Of a stretch of 64,000 bases of DNA, positions 1 to 13,652 are shown piece by piece. Source of the stretch: Tubiluchus corallicola. Lineage: Eukaryota; Animalia; Priapulida. How positions within the stretch are numbered: position 1 is the first letter of the stretch; each line of letters opens with the position of its first letter. Location of the stretch: contig JAQGDQ010000285.1 in assembly GCA_030141605.1 (NCBI GenBank), forward strand, positions 235,825 to 299,824. The letters are read 5' to 3'. The notes under the pieces were generated by a model, which had not been told where the DNA came from, ran no database searches, and saw only the letters and a list, made by a program, of their open reading frames with translations. The translations under genes were made by a program, and so were the position numbers.

Positions 1-1647
1 ATTTTTTAATCAGCCTAATTATTTATTTAAACTATTTTGCAGTTAAATTTAAGTGCATGGCATGTATTTCATGAATTATTTTCGAAATTAGCAGTTAATG
101 CTATAGTGAACTCACATTTATCATTAAATTTTTGAAACCAGCTTGATCTAAAAGAATAAAATTTTAAAGGATCACACCTGGCCCTGGATTTAGGCAATGT
201 TCAGTTAATGTTACAGTCTCTTATGATTAAAAATGCCCCCCTAATTTTATCTGCTATTCAGAAGTGCCAGTTTAGTGATTGACATATGAGTTTTGTCAGC
301 TGAATATTATAGGTGGAACACACCATGCAAAATCTCTGTGCAACAAGTTTTCTGCATCAGATTTATGTGTACAGTAAATTTGTTTTACCCTCTTTGCTGC
401 ACTCGGTTTTTTTTTATTATATTTGCTTTGTTTTCTGTCTGACACAGTTTGTCTGAACCAGATCAGACCAATAAAAAGCTATTTTTCTCGTGCATGATGT
501 ATTAATTATTTAATGGGTTTACCAAAACTCCCAGACTATTGCTTTATATCAAAATTGCCATGTGCGGGCAAATTTTGCGAGGTGGTTGGTGTCAGACAGT
601 TTAATTGTTGCAGGCAGATTTTTCATAATAAACTATGTGGTCTACAAAATAATGAACTTATATTCCAGAAGTCTTCCTTTGTTTTTCCAAGTTTGGTTTT
701 ATCGATTTAATAATAACTGTGCAGATTTAATTGAGTTTTTTATGAAGCCTGTTTTCAGTTATTTTGCATTCTAACAATGCTCTGCATTAGCTGGCATTTA
801 CATTATTTTATTTACATTTACAGAAACAGCTTTTATTTTGCATGACTTACAGACAAATTAATGAAAATGATCTTAATTTTATTTATATATACTGTGCTAA
901 ATTTTTGACAAAGATTTTTTTGTGACAGTCTTTTGTCTTTCAGTTGCTCAAATAGATTGATATAGTTGAAAAAGCTTCCGCTAATTTCTTTACAAAAGTT
1001 GTTCTTGTTTTTTCCATTTTTTTATTCATTTATATTTCTTGTTAATTATATCATTTGTAGTGAGGTTTTTCAATTATTCTTTTTTTGCAATTGTCACGCT
1101 AGATGTCTCTTTCGCAGCATATAGCAACAATTACCTTTCATTTTGCTTTATCTGAAATAGTGTACGTTATTATAGCAGCATGCTTATACATTGGTTTTCT
1201 GAGCATAGTTTTTTAATATTTAATAATGACTATCGTAAATATTCGTTTTGGTTGACTGACAAGTCAAAAAAGTGTGCCATATAAAATTTTTCACTTCCAG
1301 TTAAATAGTACATACCTTGCCGTATGATTTTCCTTCAATCATTAGCACCCCAATTGTGTTTTTTTAACTTTCTCTTATTTAGCAAGTATGAGCAACCCTA
1401 ACGTTTGATGTCCTAGAGAAGCATTGCAAAATAATTTACAAAATATCATTTTGTTGAAAATATAATAGCATGTCTTTCTTGAATATGAATTGGAATGCAG
1501 TTTTGTAACTGTTATTAAAAATACCTTAAACCTACCATCAAATGTTAAACATTTAGTGTTGCATTTTTTCTATATTATCTCTTTTTTGTTCATATTAGAC
1601 TAGTTTGTTATGTTTTTTGTTTTTAATTTAACTTTGTTTATTTATAG

Positions 1648-4600
1648 AAACAACACCTGCAGTTGAAACAACACCTAGCAAAACCACTCCAGGTACTGAT
1701 TAATTTTGCTCTAAGTTTTGTTGTAGCTAGTCTGCCCTGTCTGTGTCTACTGTAAATCTTTTAAATTTTAAAGTTAGGGATTCCTGTGATAGTTGTTTAA
1801 TTCAGACAGTTGCTTTTAGTGGTAAATTATCAAGCCCATTCCTAACTGTCAAGAATGGCTCTTGGTGCTGTTGTAACACATGTTTTTTGTAACACATTCC
1901 GAAATGAACTAAAATTTTTCGCTACCTACTACAACATACCACCTATTTTACTACTACATAATGTCGGACACAAAGTTTACCGCCGTCTCATCTGTAAGAC
2001 TACTGACTTCATTTGTGTACAGCTTGGTCTGCCGGTTATTATTAGCATTCAGTTATCTTTGGTTATTTATTTGTTTACTTCTCTTTTAGAAATTACTTAA
2101 GCTAATTTTTTGCTTGACTTTTTTCACAGCAGTAACAACACCTGTTACACCAGCTGTTACAACTCCTGCAGAAACAACACCAGGTAGTTGTTACATTTGT
2201 TTTTTGTACTGGTTATTGTTAATACTCAATTATCTTTGGTTATTTTTCTTTTTCATTTGTTTTTTTTAAATTAATTAAGCTAACTGTTGTTTTTGTTTGA
2301 TTTTTTTATGCAGCAGTTACGCCACCTGTCACACCAGCTGTTACAACTCCTGAAGAAACAACACCTGGTAATGTTACATTTATGTTTTAATGTCAGTTTT
2401 TGTTAAAGTGCTTGGTTTCTTTTATTGTTTTTTATAAAAAAGTTTGTTTGTCAGCTAGTTAACATTTGAAATTGGACCTACTTTGCCAGTTTTCAAAAAA
2501 AAACTTTGTACTTGAATGCGGCGGCAGGCGACAAGGAAGAACGCTTTCAATTTTGTGCAGTTTGGGACATTCGGGAGAAATGGGCAAAAAATTGCCCTAA
2601 ACTGGCATTTTCTCCCATTTTTCACAATACTTGACAAACATTGTGTAGAAAAATGTTCATGATGCACTTGATGTAGGTCTTGGAAAGAGTTTTATTCCTC
2701 TTTGGAGAGAGGAGGAACTGGGCTATAAGATAGGTTAGTTTTTCGAAGCATGTCTAGTAGTATGAATTACAGTGAGTTATTTCCACGTTCTATTATGGGG
2801 AAGCTATAATAAAACTTACCAATTGTTGCGAAGTCATCAGTTATGCTCTGTCTATAACCTCTGCTCAGTATGTGTTAAATACGTTGTATTTTAATGGTTC
2901 GAGTAAGACATCGAAACAGTTACTTCTGTGTAAGCAGCTGTCTTCTGTCTAACCAAGCAGCTGTGTAACAGTAATGGTAATTTTGTCGTCATCATTTATG
3001 CCCTGTCTATAAGCTTTGCTTCGTATATATGTAAATATGCTGTACTTAAAGCTTCAAGTAAAATGTCAAACAATCTTATTTTTTGACTTCTTAACCAAGT
3101 GGCCGTGTAGTTCATTAAAGTATCGTAAACTCGCAAAGTAAGGTCCACACTCTACTGAATCTCTCCTACGCTCTTCTGGTCATTAATGCACTTATATCTC
3201 TTTTTGTTGTTATTTTATTTGCTTCGTTTTTTGTTTGCTTCTTTTTGAGTAAGTTACTTGAGTTGATTATGTACTTGTTTTAATTTTTCCGCAGCTGTAA
3301 CACCAAGAGTTACACCAGCAGTTACAACTCCTGAAGAAACAACACCAGGTAGTGTTACCAGTTATTGTTAGTGCCCTAGTTATCTTTGGTTCTTTATTTG
3401 TATTTTGGAAATTATGTAAGCATATTTTTTGCTTGATTTTTTTTCGTAGCAGTAACACCACATGTTACAACAGCTGTTACTCGGTAACTCCTGAAGAAAC
3501 TACACCAGGTCGTTGTTACATTTGTGGTTTAGTGTCAGGTTTTGATAATGTGCAAGTATCTTTGTTTGTTTTTCTTTTAATTTGTTTTTATTAAACAACA
3601 ATTATTTAAATTTATTAATTAACAAAACTTATTGTTTCCTTATTTTTATTTTATGTTTGATTTTGTAGAAGCTAAATGATTGAGTTACGTTTTTTAATTT
3701 TTCCATAGCCATAACACCACGAGTTACACCAGCTATTACAACTCCTGAAGAAACAACACCAGGTAGAGTTGCATTTGAGTTTTAGTACTGCTTGTTTTAT
3801 TGTGCTGTTATCTCTATTTTTTGTTTTTTGTTTGGTTTGTTGTTTGTTTGGTTGGTTGTTTTTATAGAAATCAATTAAGTTAATTATTATTTGTTTCAAT
3901 TTTTTCACAGCAGTAACACCACCTGTCACACCAGCTGTTACAACTCCTGAAGAAACAACACCAGGTAGCTTTACACTTATGTTTTTTTGTACCAGTTATT
4001 GTTTGGACTCAATTATCTTTGGTTGTTTTTTTCATTTGTCTTTTTAATTAATTAAGCTAACTGTTGTTTTTGTTTGACTTTGTTATGCAGCTGTAACACC
4101 GCCTGTCACACCAGCTGTTACAACTCCTGAGGAAACAACACCAGGTAATGTCATATTTATGTTTTAGTGTCAGTTTTTGCTTAAAGTGCTTGGTTTCTTT
4201 TATTGTTTTTTTATAAAAACTAATTGAGTTATTGTATTTTTGTTTGATTTTTTACGCAGCTATAACACCACCCATCACACCAGCTATTACAACTCCTGAA
4301 GAAACAACACCAGGAAATGTTGCATTTACTTTTTAATATTGGCTGTTTTATTGTGCTGTTATGGGCGGGTTTTTTTGGTTTTATTTTTTGTTTCTTGCAT
4401 TGTTTGATTGTTTATTTGTTTTTGTAGAAATTAATTGAGTTAATTTGGTATTTGTTTTAATTCTTTCACAGCTGTAACACCAAGAGTTACACCAGCTGTT
4501 ACAACTCCTGAAGAAACAACACCAGGTAGCATTACATTTACGTTGTTTTGTACCAGTTATTGTTTGGACTCAATTATCTTTGGCTGTTTTTCTTTTTCAT

Positions 4601-6158
4601 TCTTACAGAAATTAAGCTAATTTTTTTGCTTGATTTTTTTTCACAGCAGTAACACCACCTGTTACACCTGCTGTTACAACTCCTGAAGAAACAACACCAG
4701 GTAGATTTTACCATTATTTTTTGTGTCAGTTTTTTTCTGTCAATGCGCAAGTATCTTTACTTGTTTTTCCTTTTCATTTGTTTTTTAAATTAATTAAGGT
4801 AACTGTTTTTGTTTGATTTTTTTACACAGCAGTAACACCAAGTGTTACAACTCCTGTACAAATAACACCAGGTAGTGGTACATTTACATTTTAGTACTGC
4901 TTGCTTTATTGCGCTGTTATCTCTATTTTTTGTTTTTTGTTTGGTTCATCGTTTGTTTGTTTATTTGTTTGTTTTATAGAAATTAACTTGAGTTAATTAT
5001 TATTTATTTTAATTTTTTCACAGCTGTAACACCAAGAGTTACACCAGCTGTGACAACTCCTGAAGAAACAACACCAGGTAGTTGTTAATTTGCTTTTTTG
5101 TACCGGTTATTGTTAGTACTCAATTATCTTTGGTTGTTTTTCATTTGTCTTTTTAATTAATTAAGCTAACTGTTGCTTTTGTTTGATTTTTTACGCAGCT
5201 ATAACACCACCCATCACACCAGCTATTACAACTCCTGAAGAAACAACACCAGGAAATGTTGCATTTACTCTTTAATGTTGCTTATTTTATTGTGCTGCTA
5301 TGGGCGTTTTTCTGTTTTTATTTTTTGTTTCTTTCATTGTTTGATTGTTTATTTGTTTTTGTAGAAATTAATTGAGTTAATTTAGTATTTGTTTTAATTC
5401 TTTCACAGCTGTAACACCACGAGTTACACCAACTGCTACTACTCCAGAAGAAACAACAACACCAGGTAGTGCTGCATTATTTTATATTGCAAAAACATTT
5501 TTTGTTATATTTATATGAAAGTAGTTTTTTATTGACTGAAGCTGACTTAAAACAACTGATGTCCATCTCATCCTTTACACTAGTGACCTGAAACTGCCTT
5601 AAATTTGACGTAATTGCTTATTTATGCTTGCACTTTTTCATTATCAAAAGTTTGTTTCATGTGGTGTTATTAATTTAAGTTTTTTGGCCGTATTTTGGGT
5701 GATGACAGAGATGAATAGAGATGACACAACTAGTTACGAGTATCTATATACTTTATACAATAGTTCATGTGTTAGGTATTTTAAGGAATGCATTAATTGC
5801 TGATTAGTATATTTGTTCTTCGTTATGAAACGAGCAAGTGAGACTAGACATTTTTTGTTAAAATCCTAGAAAACCCTGACAACATATTTTACTGCTTTCG
5901 CATTCTTGATTTAGTCTTCTTTTTATTTCACGTACATATCAGTTGACCTACAATTACATTCAGGAACACAGTTGGAGTCATTTCTTCTGCTAAACTCAAA
6001 AGCAAGTTTTTAGCAAGCAGTTATAAAGAGAGTGTCTGGCATCTCTTGAACTGGCTTGCAAATTGTTGCTTTTTTAATTTTTTAATTTTTTTTTAATAAT
6101 CGCTTCCCTTTTACAGGAACTACTGAAGCATTGCCAAAACCAGAAGGCCCTGTTGAAG
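1648..6158 (+). repeat. Tandem array of duplicated exon+intron units encoding an AVTPxVTPAVTTPEETTP repeat
   Basis: Exon copies: 1648-1692 (45 nt), 2130-2183, 2314-2367, 3295-3348, 3450-3508 (59 nt, broken), 3709-3762, 3911-3964, 4091-4144, 4260-4313 (GA donor), 4472-4525, 4647-4700, 4830-4871 (42), 5024-5077, 5199-5252 (GA donor), 5409-5465 (57), 6117-6158 (42). Most are 54 nt, each follows a T-rich tract plus AG, and the intact ones are phase 1-1. The introns are also homologous to each other. Confidence 0.92.
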
Positions 6159-9100
6159 GTAACAAATTTGGGAATCATTACTTTAACTAATCAGTTTATA
6201 ATTGAAATGCAATGTAAACAAAAAATATTTAATGGTGCATTCAGACTAGAGAGTTCTCTCCCAACTTATTGCGCGACTTCTCTCTGAGAGTAAACTTATA
6301 GCAAACTCAGTGATAATTGCTGAGAGTTTTTGCGCAAGTTGACACTCTCAGAGAGAAGTTGCACAATAAATTGCGAGAGAAGTTTTAGAGAGAAGTTGGT
6401 CAATAAATTGTGAGAGAACTCTCTAGTCTGAACATGACCTTAAATACTTCTGTTGCTCACTTGTATTTCTAAATTTTTTCTCATTTTTTCTTTCATTTTT
6501 GTTGGTCTATGGCACAAAATAAGTTTAGCAGTTCTTATTAACAAGATTCTTGTTTGTGTTTTACAGTCTTTTAATATTTTGTGTAACTCGCTCGTTAAAT
6601 GCATCAGTACATGTTTTTAGTTGACATAGAACTGATGAAGATTAGCAGCTTCATAGTTGTTTGTTCGTCATACAGTTATTTGCAAAGAAGATGGTATTGA
6701 AGTGCTCGTGGATCTACGTGCTGCTTCCGGTGGGAAGCCTACATTTAGCGGAGTCATCTACGTAAAGAATAACTTCAAGACGTCTGCTTGTCGTATGCAA
6801 ATGTTTGAGGACTCATCCGCTGACACGGCCAGGTTCTTTGCGAGCTATGATGAATGTGACTTCACTATTGATCCGGTAATTTTTTTGCTTTAGTTAAAAC
6901 TACGTAAAGCAGAAAAAGGAATAGTTCCGTTGAAATGCCTTTATTCTCAGATACCCATAAGAATGATAGGGCGATGTCTGATGTCCGTTTATATCCATAG
7001 TTGCCTCTCACCGAGCAATTAATCACAATTTGCAAACTGTCAATGCAAACAAAGTACTGGCATGCCTGCTTGACAAAATGCTGTGTGGTCTGATAGCAGA
7101 CTATTCGTGAAAATGACTATGATCAGTTAATCAAATTATTTTTTTGTAAATGTAATATAAAAAAATAAAACTAAAACAGTTAAAAAACAAATATTGCAAT
7201 AACTTAATGCTAAATAAGTTACAAATTGCATTTAAAAAACTTAACTGTTATCTTGAAGTACAGGCCTGTACAGGCCTCAAAATTGGATCAAATCCATACC
7301 TCACAGGAGGTGGGGTAGCTCGCTAGATCTTTAAACTGGTATGGCTTGTATGATCTCCTTCGTTCTCGAAACAGCCGGTCAGTTGGCACAGTGTTTGAAG
7401 AAAGACAACATTAGTGACGCCATTTTCAACGTTTCACAGGCATTAAGAATGCAAAATTATTCATCTCTCTCAACTAAATTTCCAGTTAGTGACAAATGGT
7501 TAACTATGACACTACGGTCTCAACTTCTTATTGCATTTTCGAAACATGATTTGTAACCCTGTTTTTATGTTCTAGGATAATGGCTTGTACAGCACAACAG
7601 TTGTAATTCAACCTCATATGATGCTGGTCACCAAAGATGCCAAAGCTTACAGAATGACATGTAAATATGAGACGGATCTGGAGAAGACCGTTGGACCAAC
7701 AAGTATTGACATTGAGTACGTTTGTATTGTTTTAATTCAGCCTTGAATTCAATGATTGCGACTATTTGAAGTATAAAAAACATTGTATTGATTTGACATT
7801 AATATATAAAAAATATGCACTCACAAGTACACTTTGATCTATATTATAAGAATTTATAATTTTATTATTGGCATATACATTACATTACAATGACATACAG
7901 CAAAATACTGGGACCTTTTCAGAGCATTCGTCATAAAGTGATTTTTTGTCCTTTTGCCTTATATCCTGGAAATGTACCCCACACTACACCATTTATCACC
8001 AACTACTAATCTAGACATAGGGGGAAAATCTTGAGTTTCCTTCATTTTTAATTTTATTGTAAAAACTTAACTTGTAATTACAATGTGGTTTGAACAGGCA
8101 GTTTTATTACTGACAGACTTACTTGTCATAAGAGCCTAAGCTCATGAGTGCAAACGATTAACTACAGACATATAATAATATTGCAGTAACTTCTTAGCTG
8201 TACACAGTGTTAGCTGTACAACAAAATAACATTACTATGACTAACAATTATGAGTTCTGTTCATTTACAGGTACAATACCAGCAGTCGATCATCTTTTTT
8301 CCCAGCACAATCCAAAATATGATTTGGTACAAATATTCTTATACACATTTTATTTCTTATTACAGCATGGTCTCTACTCAGGGCATATTAAATAACACAG
8401 GTGTTCCTCCTGTTTGCATTATGACTATAACAGACTTGGATGGTAACCGTGTAACTACAACAGCCATTGGTACTCCACTGTTGCTTAAGCTCATTGTCAC
8501 GCCAGCAGGTGGGTTTTGTATGCTTTCACATATTTTTTCAGAGACTAATTCTGCAAAATAGAATCTTTTTTCAAACACTTGTTCCAAACACCTATTTGTG
8601 TCACGCTCATTGACTTCAAATCTGTATTTACAAAAGCTTTATAGTAGTAGGTAATAATACTGAACAAAATTCACATCCAGCCAAACATAAGCTTTTAGAT
8701 GTTTTGTTAAAGTGCATATGTAAAATTCACAATTAGCTGAAAAAACAAAGGAAAAATAACTACATTTATTGTTAAAAGGAATGTGACAAAGGCCATTTTC
8801 ATCTCCTGGGATTACTTTTGCCAATAAGCTAAGTTCCTTTCTCGATATAGCCATCTAACTATAGTCTTTACTGTTGAATGCTGAACCTGGCTTGTAGGGT
8901 GCTAAACTATAAAAAGGTCAAGAGATGTCTTCGAATTGGGTGTAATGCATACACTGGTTTTACAGCAACAGCAATAGTAAAAAATTATTTTGTGTAAAAA
9001 AAATTAGCTATGTGATTATATTTCATGATTGCTTGTTTACAAGAAGCTTAATGTGGCTTATGTTGATTTTTAACATAATGTTATACATTTCTTTTTGTCA

Positions 9101-11671
9101 TCAATTTCTGTCCAGAAACTTAGGAAAAGGTTGTCAACTTGTGGTACTTTTTCTGTCATTTGACATGATTACGATATTGCATAGTGTGTTACCAGCACTG
9201 TTTATAGTCACCCACTGCAATTATGATTGATACAGCAGCAGACATTATTGTGCCTTAAATGTAACTTGTAATTATGTATCTTGCAGATTTGTATGGCGGA
9301 TTTGCAAGAAACTGCTATGCTAGAACTGCCAACGAAGACTGGAAATACGAGCTAATAGACGAAAGAGGGTGAGTGCAACTAGGAGCACAAGCATTTTAAT
9401 CATTTTGTTTAAGAAGGATTTTGTTTGATTGAGAAATTTTGCAATAAATTTAAGTATAACTTTGCTTATTCCAAACAAAACTCAAAGATTTTTGTTCTAC
9501 TTAATGTCAGGAAGTTATGTTATGTTAATTAAGTGAGACATCACTCTAGCCAATTTACTTTGTAAAACAAGTGTTAATACCTTTTAGGAGACAATAGCAA
9601 AGAACCAATAAATTTCCAAGGAATAATGGTAGTTGTAGATATCAGCAAAACAATTTTCCTTTTGACATAAAAATGTAATAGTGCAGATCGAAGGAAACTA
9701 AGATTCTATGCGCCAGTCTGTTACTTTGAATGCATTCCAAATTTTTAATTTGCTGCATGCTACGTACTCTATCCCATCAAAATGTTTCTGTAGTAGAAAG
9801 CATCTATAATGCAGTGTGTTTAGCGAAGCATATTGGACTATACTTAGAGTGGTTTTTCTGTGTTTTTGTGATAGGTGTGCCCATGATCCAACGTTATTTC
9901 AAAACTTTCAACCGGATGCCACTGGACTCGTGGCAAGATTCAATGCATTTAAATTTCCAGGAAATTCATATTTGAAATTTGAATGTGACGTTAGAGTCTG
10001 CATAAACGAGTGTGAACCGGTAAGATGTTCTTCATGTTGACGTAATATATCTGCAATCATTTATTAAATGTTTTAATTATTTAGGTATGTACTTAATAAT
10101 AAGAACTGGTGTAATAAAATATGTATTATAGCAAAACTAAAGAAGGAAGAGTCATTGTCTCTTGTTATTAAATTGATATTGCATGCTTGTTTTCTATCTT
10201 CAAAAATTTTATATAATCATTTGCCAAATCATCATGGTGTTTCATTATATTTATTTAGCTAGAAGTACATTTTCAATCAGCTTTTTCACTAAACTAAATT
10301 TCAGTTTTTCTAATAAAAATAGTTCCCAAATGATGGTTTTTCTGGCAATTGTCAAAGGATTTTTGACTTATGTTTAATCTAGTTCCATGTTTGGAGATAT
10401 AAAAATCATAGTAAATCACAGCAGGAAAAATCCTAATGGCAGATTAATCAAACAATTTGGCAGAAACAAACAAACAAAATCACAGATTAATCAAACAAAA
10501 TGTCTAGGAAATGCAACTTATACACAAAGATTGTATTCTAGACATATTAAACAAAACGATAGCTGGCTGTTTATAGAAACTAGTAGGTGCATAGAATAGT
10601 ATCAGAGAAAGTCTGCTTAATCTGAGCATTTATTCTTGCCAAAATAAACAGACCAGTATTCAGAAAATAATAATGTGGAATGATGCCATATACTACTTTG
10701 TAAAATACTGCATAGGAATTCGCTTTTGTAAAGACTACTGTAAACTTTTATTTTTACTTGTTATCTTCTAGTATGTGTAATTTATTATATAATTTATTTA
10801 CAGGCTGACTGTGATGGTGAATCAGGCTGGGGCAGGAGGCGACGAAGAAGAGAAATCACCAGTCACAAAGTTGTTGAAAATATTGATGGCGTTCCAAGTA
10901 ACACCATCAATGTACTTTCAGCTAACGAGAAAAACCGTACATGTAAGTTATGCGTAAAAACACGATTATAGTTTTTATAGAAAATGCCACAACTGTGGGC
11001 CAGTAAAGTAATGAAAGTAAATTGTAGTAGTAAGTATGCACTCTACTCAGTTTTATTCTCTGAACTTTGTGTTTCAACCTTGATAAAAAACCAATAGGGA
11101 AAATTAAAGGGGCCCATCTCGTAATAACTTACGCCAGGATAAATTTCGATGTTGGTTTGCATGTGACATAACTTAACTAAATGGTTTTTGCAAACAAAAA
11201 TAGGTGAATGGTTTTAGTAATCATTACAAACAAAATTATGATTATTAGATGATACAAATGAATTATACTTATTTTGTGATATTACTGTGTTAGACATGAA
11301 TCAGATCATATCTGATGTTTTATCACAGCATTAGTTGTTTGTTGATTAGAAACAGCATTCATCATTGATTAATGCCTTTTTTTAAGTTAATCATTCATTA
11401 GTAACATTTTGAATATTTTATTTCAGATGTTGCGGCAAGCTATGAGCGGATAGACTCAACGCAACAGTACTGTTTTAACAAAGACCAATTAGCCCTGGGC
11501 CTAGGAATAGCTGCTCTCTTAGCACTAATATCTGTGATCTTACTTATCCTAGCTCTCAGGTTCAGATTGTTCAGTAGACGACAACCGCCACCACCGGCAC
11601 CAACGCTAACCATTCCTAAACCTACATACTCCATAGACCATAGTGGCACTGCAGACTCACCTACGGAATAG
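1648..11671 (+). CDS. Membrane-anchored ZP-domain (cuticlin/dumpy-like) protein with mucin-like Thr/Pro stalk; 5' end lies upstream or was not found
   Basis: Exons with consistent phases: micro-exons 1648-6158, then 6676-6875 (VICKEDGIEV..FSGVIYVKNNFKTSAC), 7576-7715 (YSTTVVIQPHMMLVTKDAKAYRMTCKY), 8366-8508 (PPVCIMTI), 9287-9368 (YGGFARNCYA..YELIDERG), 9875-10019 (CAHDPTLF..ARFNAFKFPGNSYLKFECDVRVCINECEP), 10804-10942 (furin-type GWGRRRRRR), 11427-11671 (TM LALGLGIAALLALISVILLILAL, Pro-rich tail, TAG). The Cys pattern plus AFKF, furin site and TM match the standard ZP-protein layout. Confidence 0.9.
3450..3508 (+). pseudogene. Disrupted repeat micro-exon (5-nt insertion, in-frame TAA)
   Basis: GTTAC-TCGGT-AACTCCTG versus GTTAC-AACTCCTG in sister exons; reads ...GTT ACT CGG TAA (stop at 3485-3487); acceptor TAG and donor GT are still present. 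Confidence 0.8.
6233..6439. mobile_element. MITE-like palindromic element in a ZP-gene intron
   Basis: Inverted repeat TTCAGACTAGAGAGTTCTCTC (6240-6260) / GAGAGAACTCTCTAGTCTGAA (6412-6432), nested internal inverted repeats, TTAA on both flanks. Confidence 0.7.
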
Positions 11672-13652
11672 TAACAAAATTTTGTAAATTTTTGTTCATT
11701 CAACATTTATAGTGATATTTATTTGAGCAGATAAACTTTAAATCATTATTGTTAGTGAAAATAATGTATTTGCTCACAACTACGCTGTATGACATATCAG
11801 CTAGTTTGATTATACGCTCAACATAAAGCGATAAATGCAGTTGACACAAAAAATCGAACCTTTGAATACTGTGAATTGAATGTTAGCTCATCCGAGTTTT
11901 TCCTTTCTGCATTTTCAGCACGTGGCGAGTCTGGGTCTGTAAGATCCTATGGATGGGTATTTAAGGGTTTTAATCTCAACTGAGACTAATTAAAGATGTA
12001 TATAGTTTTTAAAACTTTAATGTTTTGTTTTGTTTGTTTTTATTAAACACTATTTTTGTATCAGTTGTAGTCATTTTTATGTTCATAGTTAGCCAGACCT
12101 AGTGTTTCTGAGAGTCGACAATCAAAACAAAGATTAGTCTTTAAACCTGAAAAATACAAAGGCTTCTTCAAAGTCTGTTTTTCAGTGGACAAAAATGTTT
12201 AGAAAGCGTCACTTTCAAAATGTTTTTGTCTTTCAAATTCCATTTTACAATGATCGTAGTATTTGGATTTAGTTATAATCGATGTTACAATGGCTGTTAA
12301 TGACACCTGTTTTTAACTTGCGAAAGTAGAATTAGCAAAAAGATCGTAGGTACTTTTTTGTTGTTTATTTATAGTCATTTTTTATAACTATGGTGCTAAA
12401 CAACAAGCCCTCTTTTTCTTGTTGTTTGTGGTGGTAAATATTTGAAAAAAATAATCATGTAGCATCATTGCAAGCAAGAATGATGTGGTAGCATGATGTT
12501 TTTATCAATATTTTTGAAAATTTACGGTATTGACTTGTAAATTTAAGATTTGGTACGAACGAATTATTTTTGTACATTTGAGAGCTCATAGAAGATAATT
12601 TGTTAACTATAAATTGTGATACAAGGATTACTTGCTGTTGTACTGTTGTCATCATCAATTATATGAATGACATATAGCTGTTTAAATAATTGTGACTAGC
12701 ACACCTTTCTAAATTTACCATAATTTCAGAATCAGAACATATTATCTTACGTTTTGAGTTCAGTATTGTGCTTAATAATAACAAATTCAAAGTTCTGTAA
12801 TATTTACAAGCTTTTTGAAGACCGCGCAGTTATGAAACACGTCGGTACATAGCAACACTGTACATTATTGTGAATCTACTTGTCATTACAATATTTATAG
12901 CTGATTGATAAGTACTGTGTGTACTATCTATTCAAGTCCTGTTTTAGGTTACTGTGTTACCTGTTATACTTCACGTCTTGGCAGTTCTACCCGCCACATT
13001 CACGTCATTCGTAACCATAAATGAATCTTTTCTCCTACTGAAACTAGCAATTTCGTTAAGTTCTTTTATGGATTTTAACTCCCTAGTGTTACTTTGTCCC
13101 TGTGTATATACTGTATTAGCAAAACTACTGCTTAGTTTCATTGGAGAAAAAGAGACCATTTTACTGAAATTTTGTTCCGTTTGAAAGCATTTTTTATGCA
13201 TGTAACATGTATGGAACAATAATTTTATGGCATTCACTTATAGTAATTGTTGGGTGACGACTTAAATGAATGTGGTTTATCACATTTTTTTGAATTTGTT
13301 ACATTCGTAAGCAGATTCCCACAGATAAATTGTGCTAGAAAATTTAATCTATTATGTTTTAAACTAATGTGAGCGTCTTTAATAGTTTGAAATTAAGTGA
13401 CATGTAAAATAGGCCTAGTTTCTCTGTGTACTGTTATAAATCTGTCTATGATGTTTAGAGAAGTATAATCTGTCTATTCTTCCCTTAGGACAAGCTCAAT
13501 TAATAAAGTTAGAAAAAGCAATTGATTGTGTTTGTTGTAGAAAGTCATGAATTGTCTACAATGAAACAATGATTCCTTTTAATGATCTGTGTTATTCATA
13601 AATACATATGTTGTCTTTCTTTATATTTTTGTAATATAAGGATCAAAATAAA

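Noticed and set aside
2130-5465. Regularly spaced ~54-bp repeats with variable spacers resembling a CRISPR array
   Set aside because: The repeats are AG/GT-bounded coding exons and the spacers are mutually homologous T-rich introns; the context is eukaryotic with no cas genes.
11440-11706. 88-aa minus-strand ORF
   Set aside because: Antisense shadow of the terminal ZP exon.
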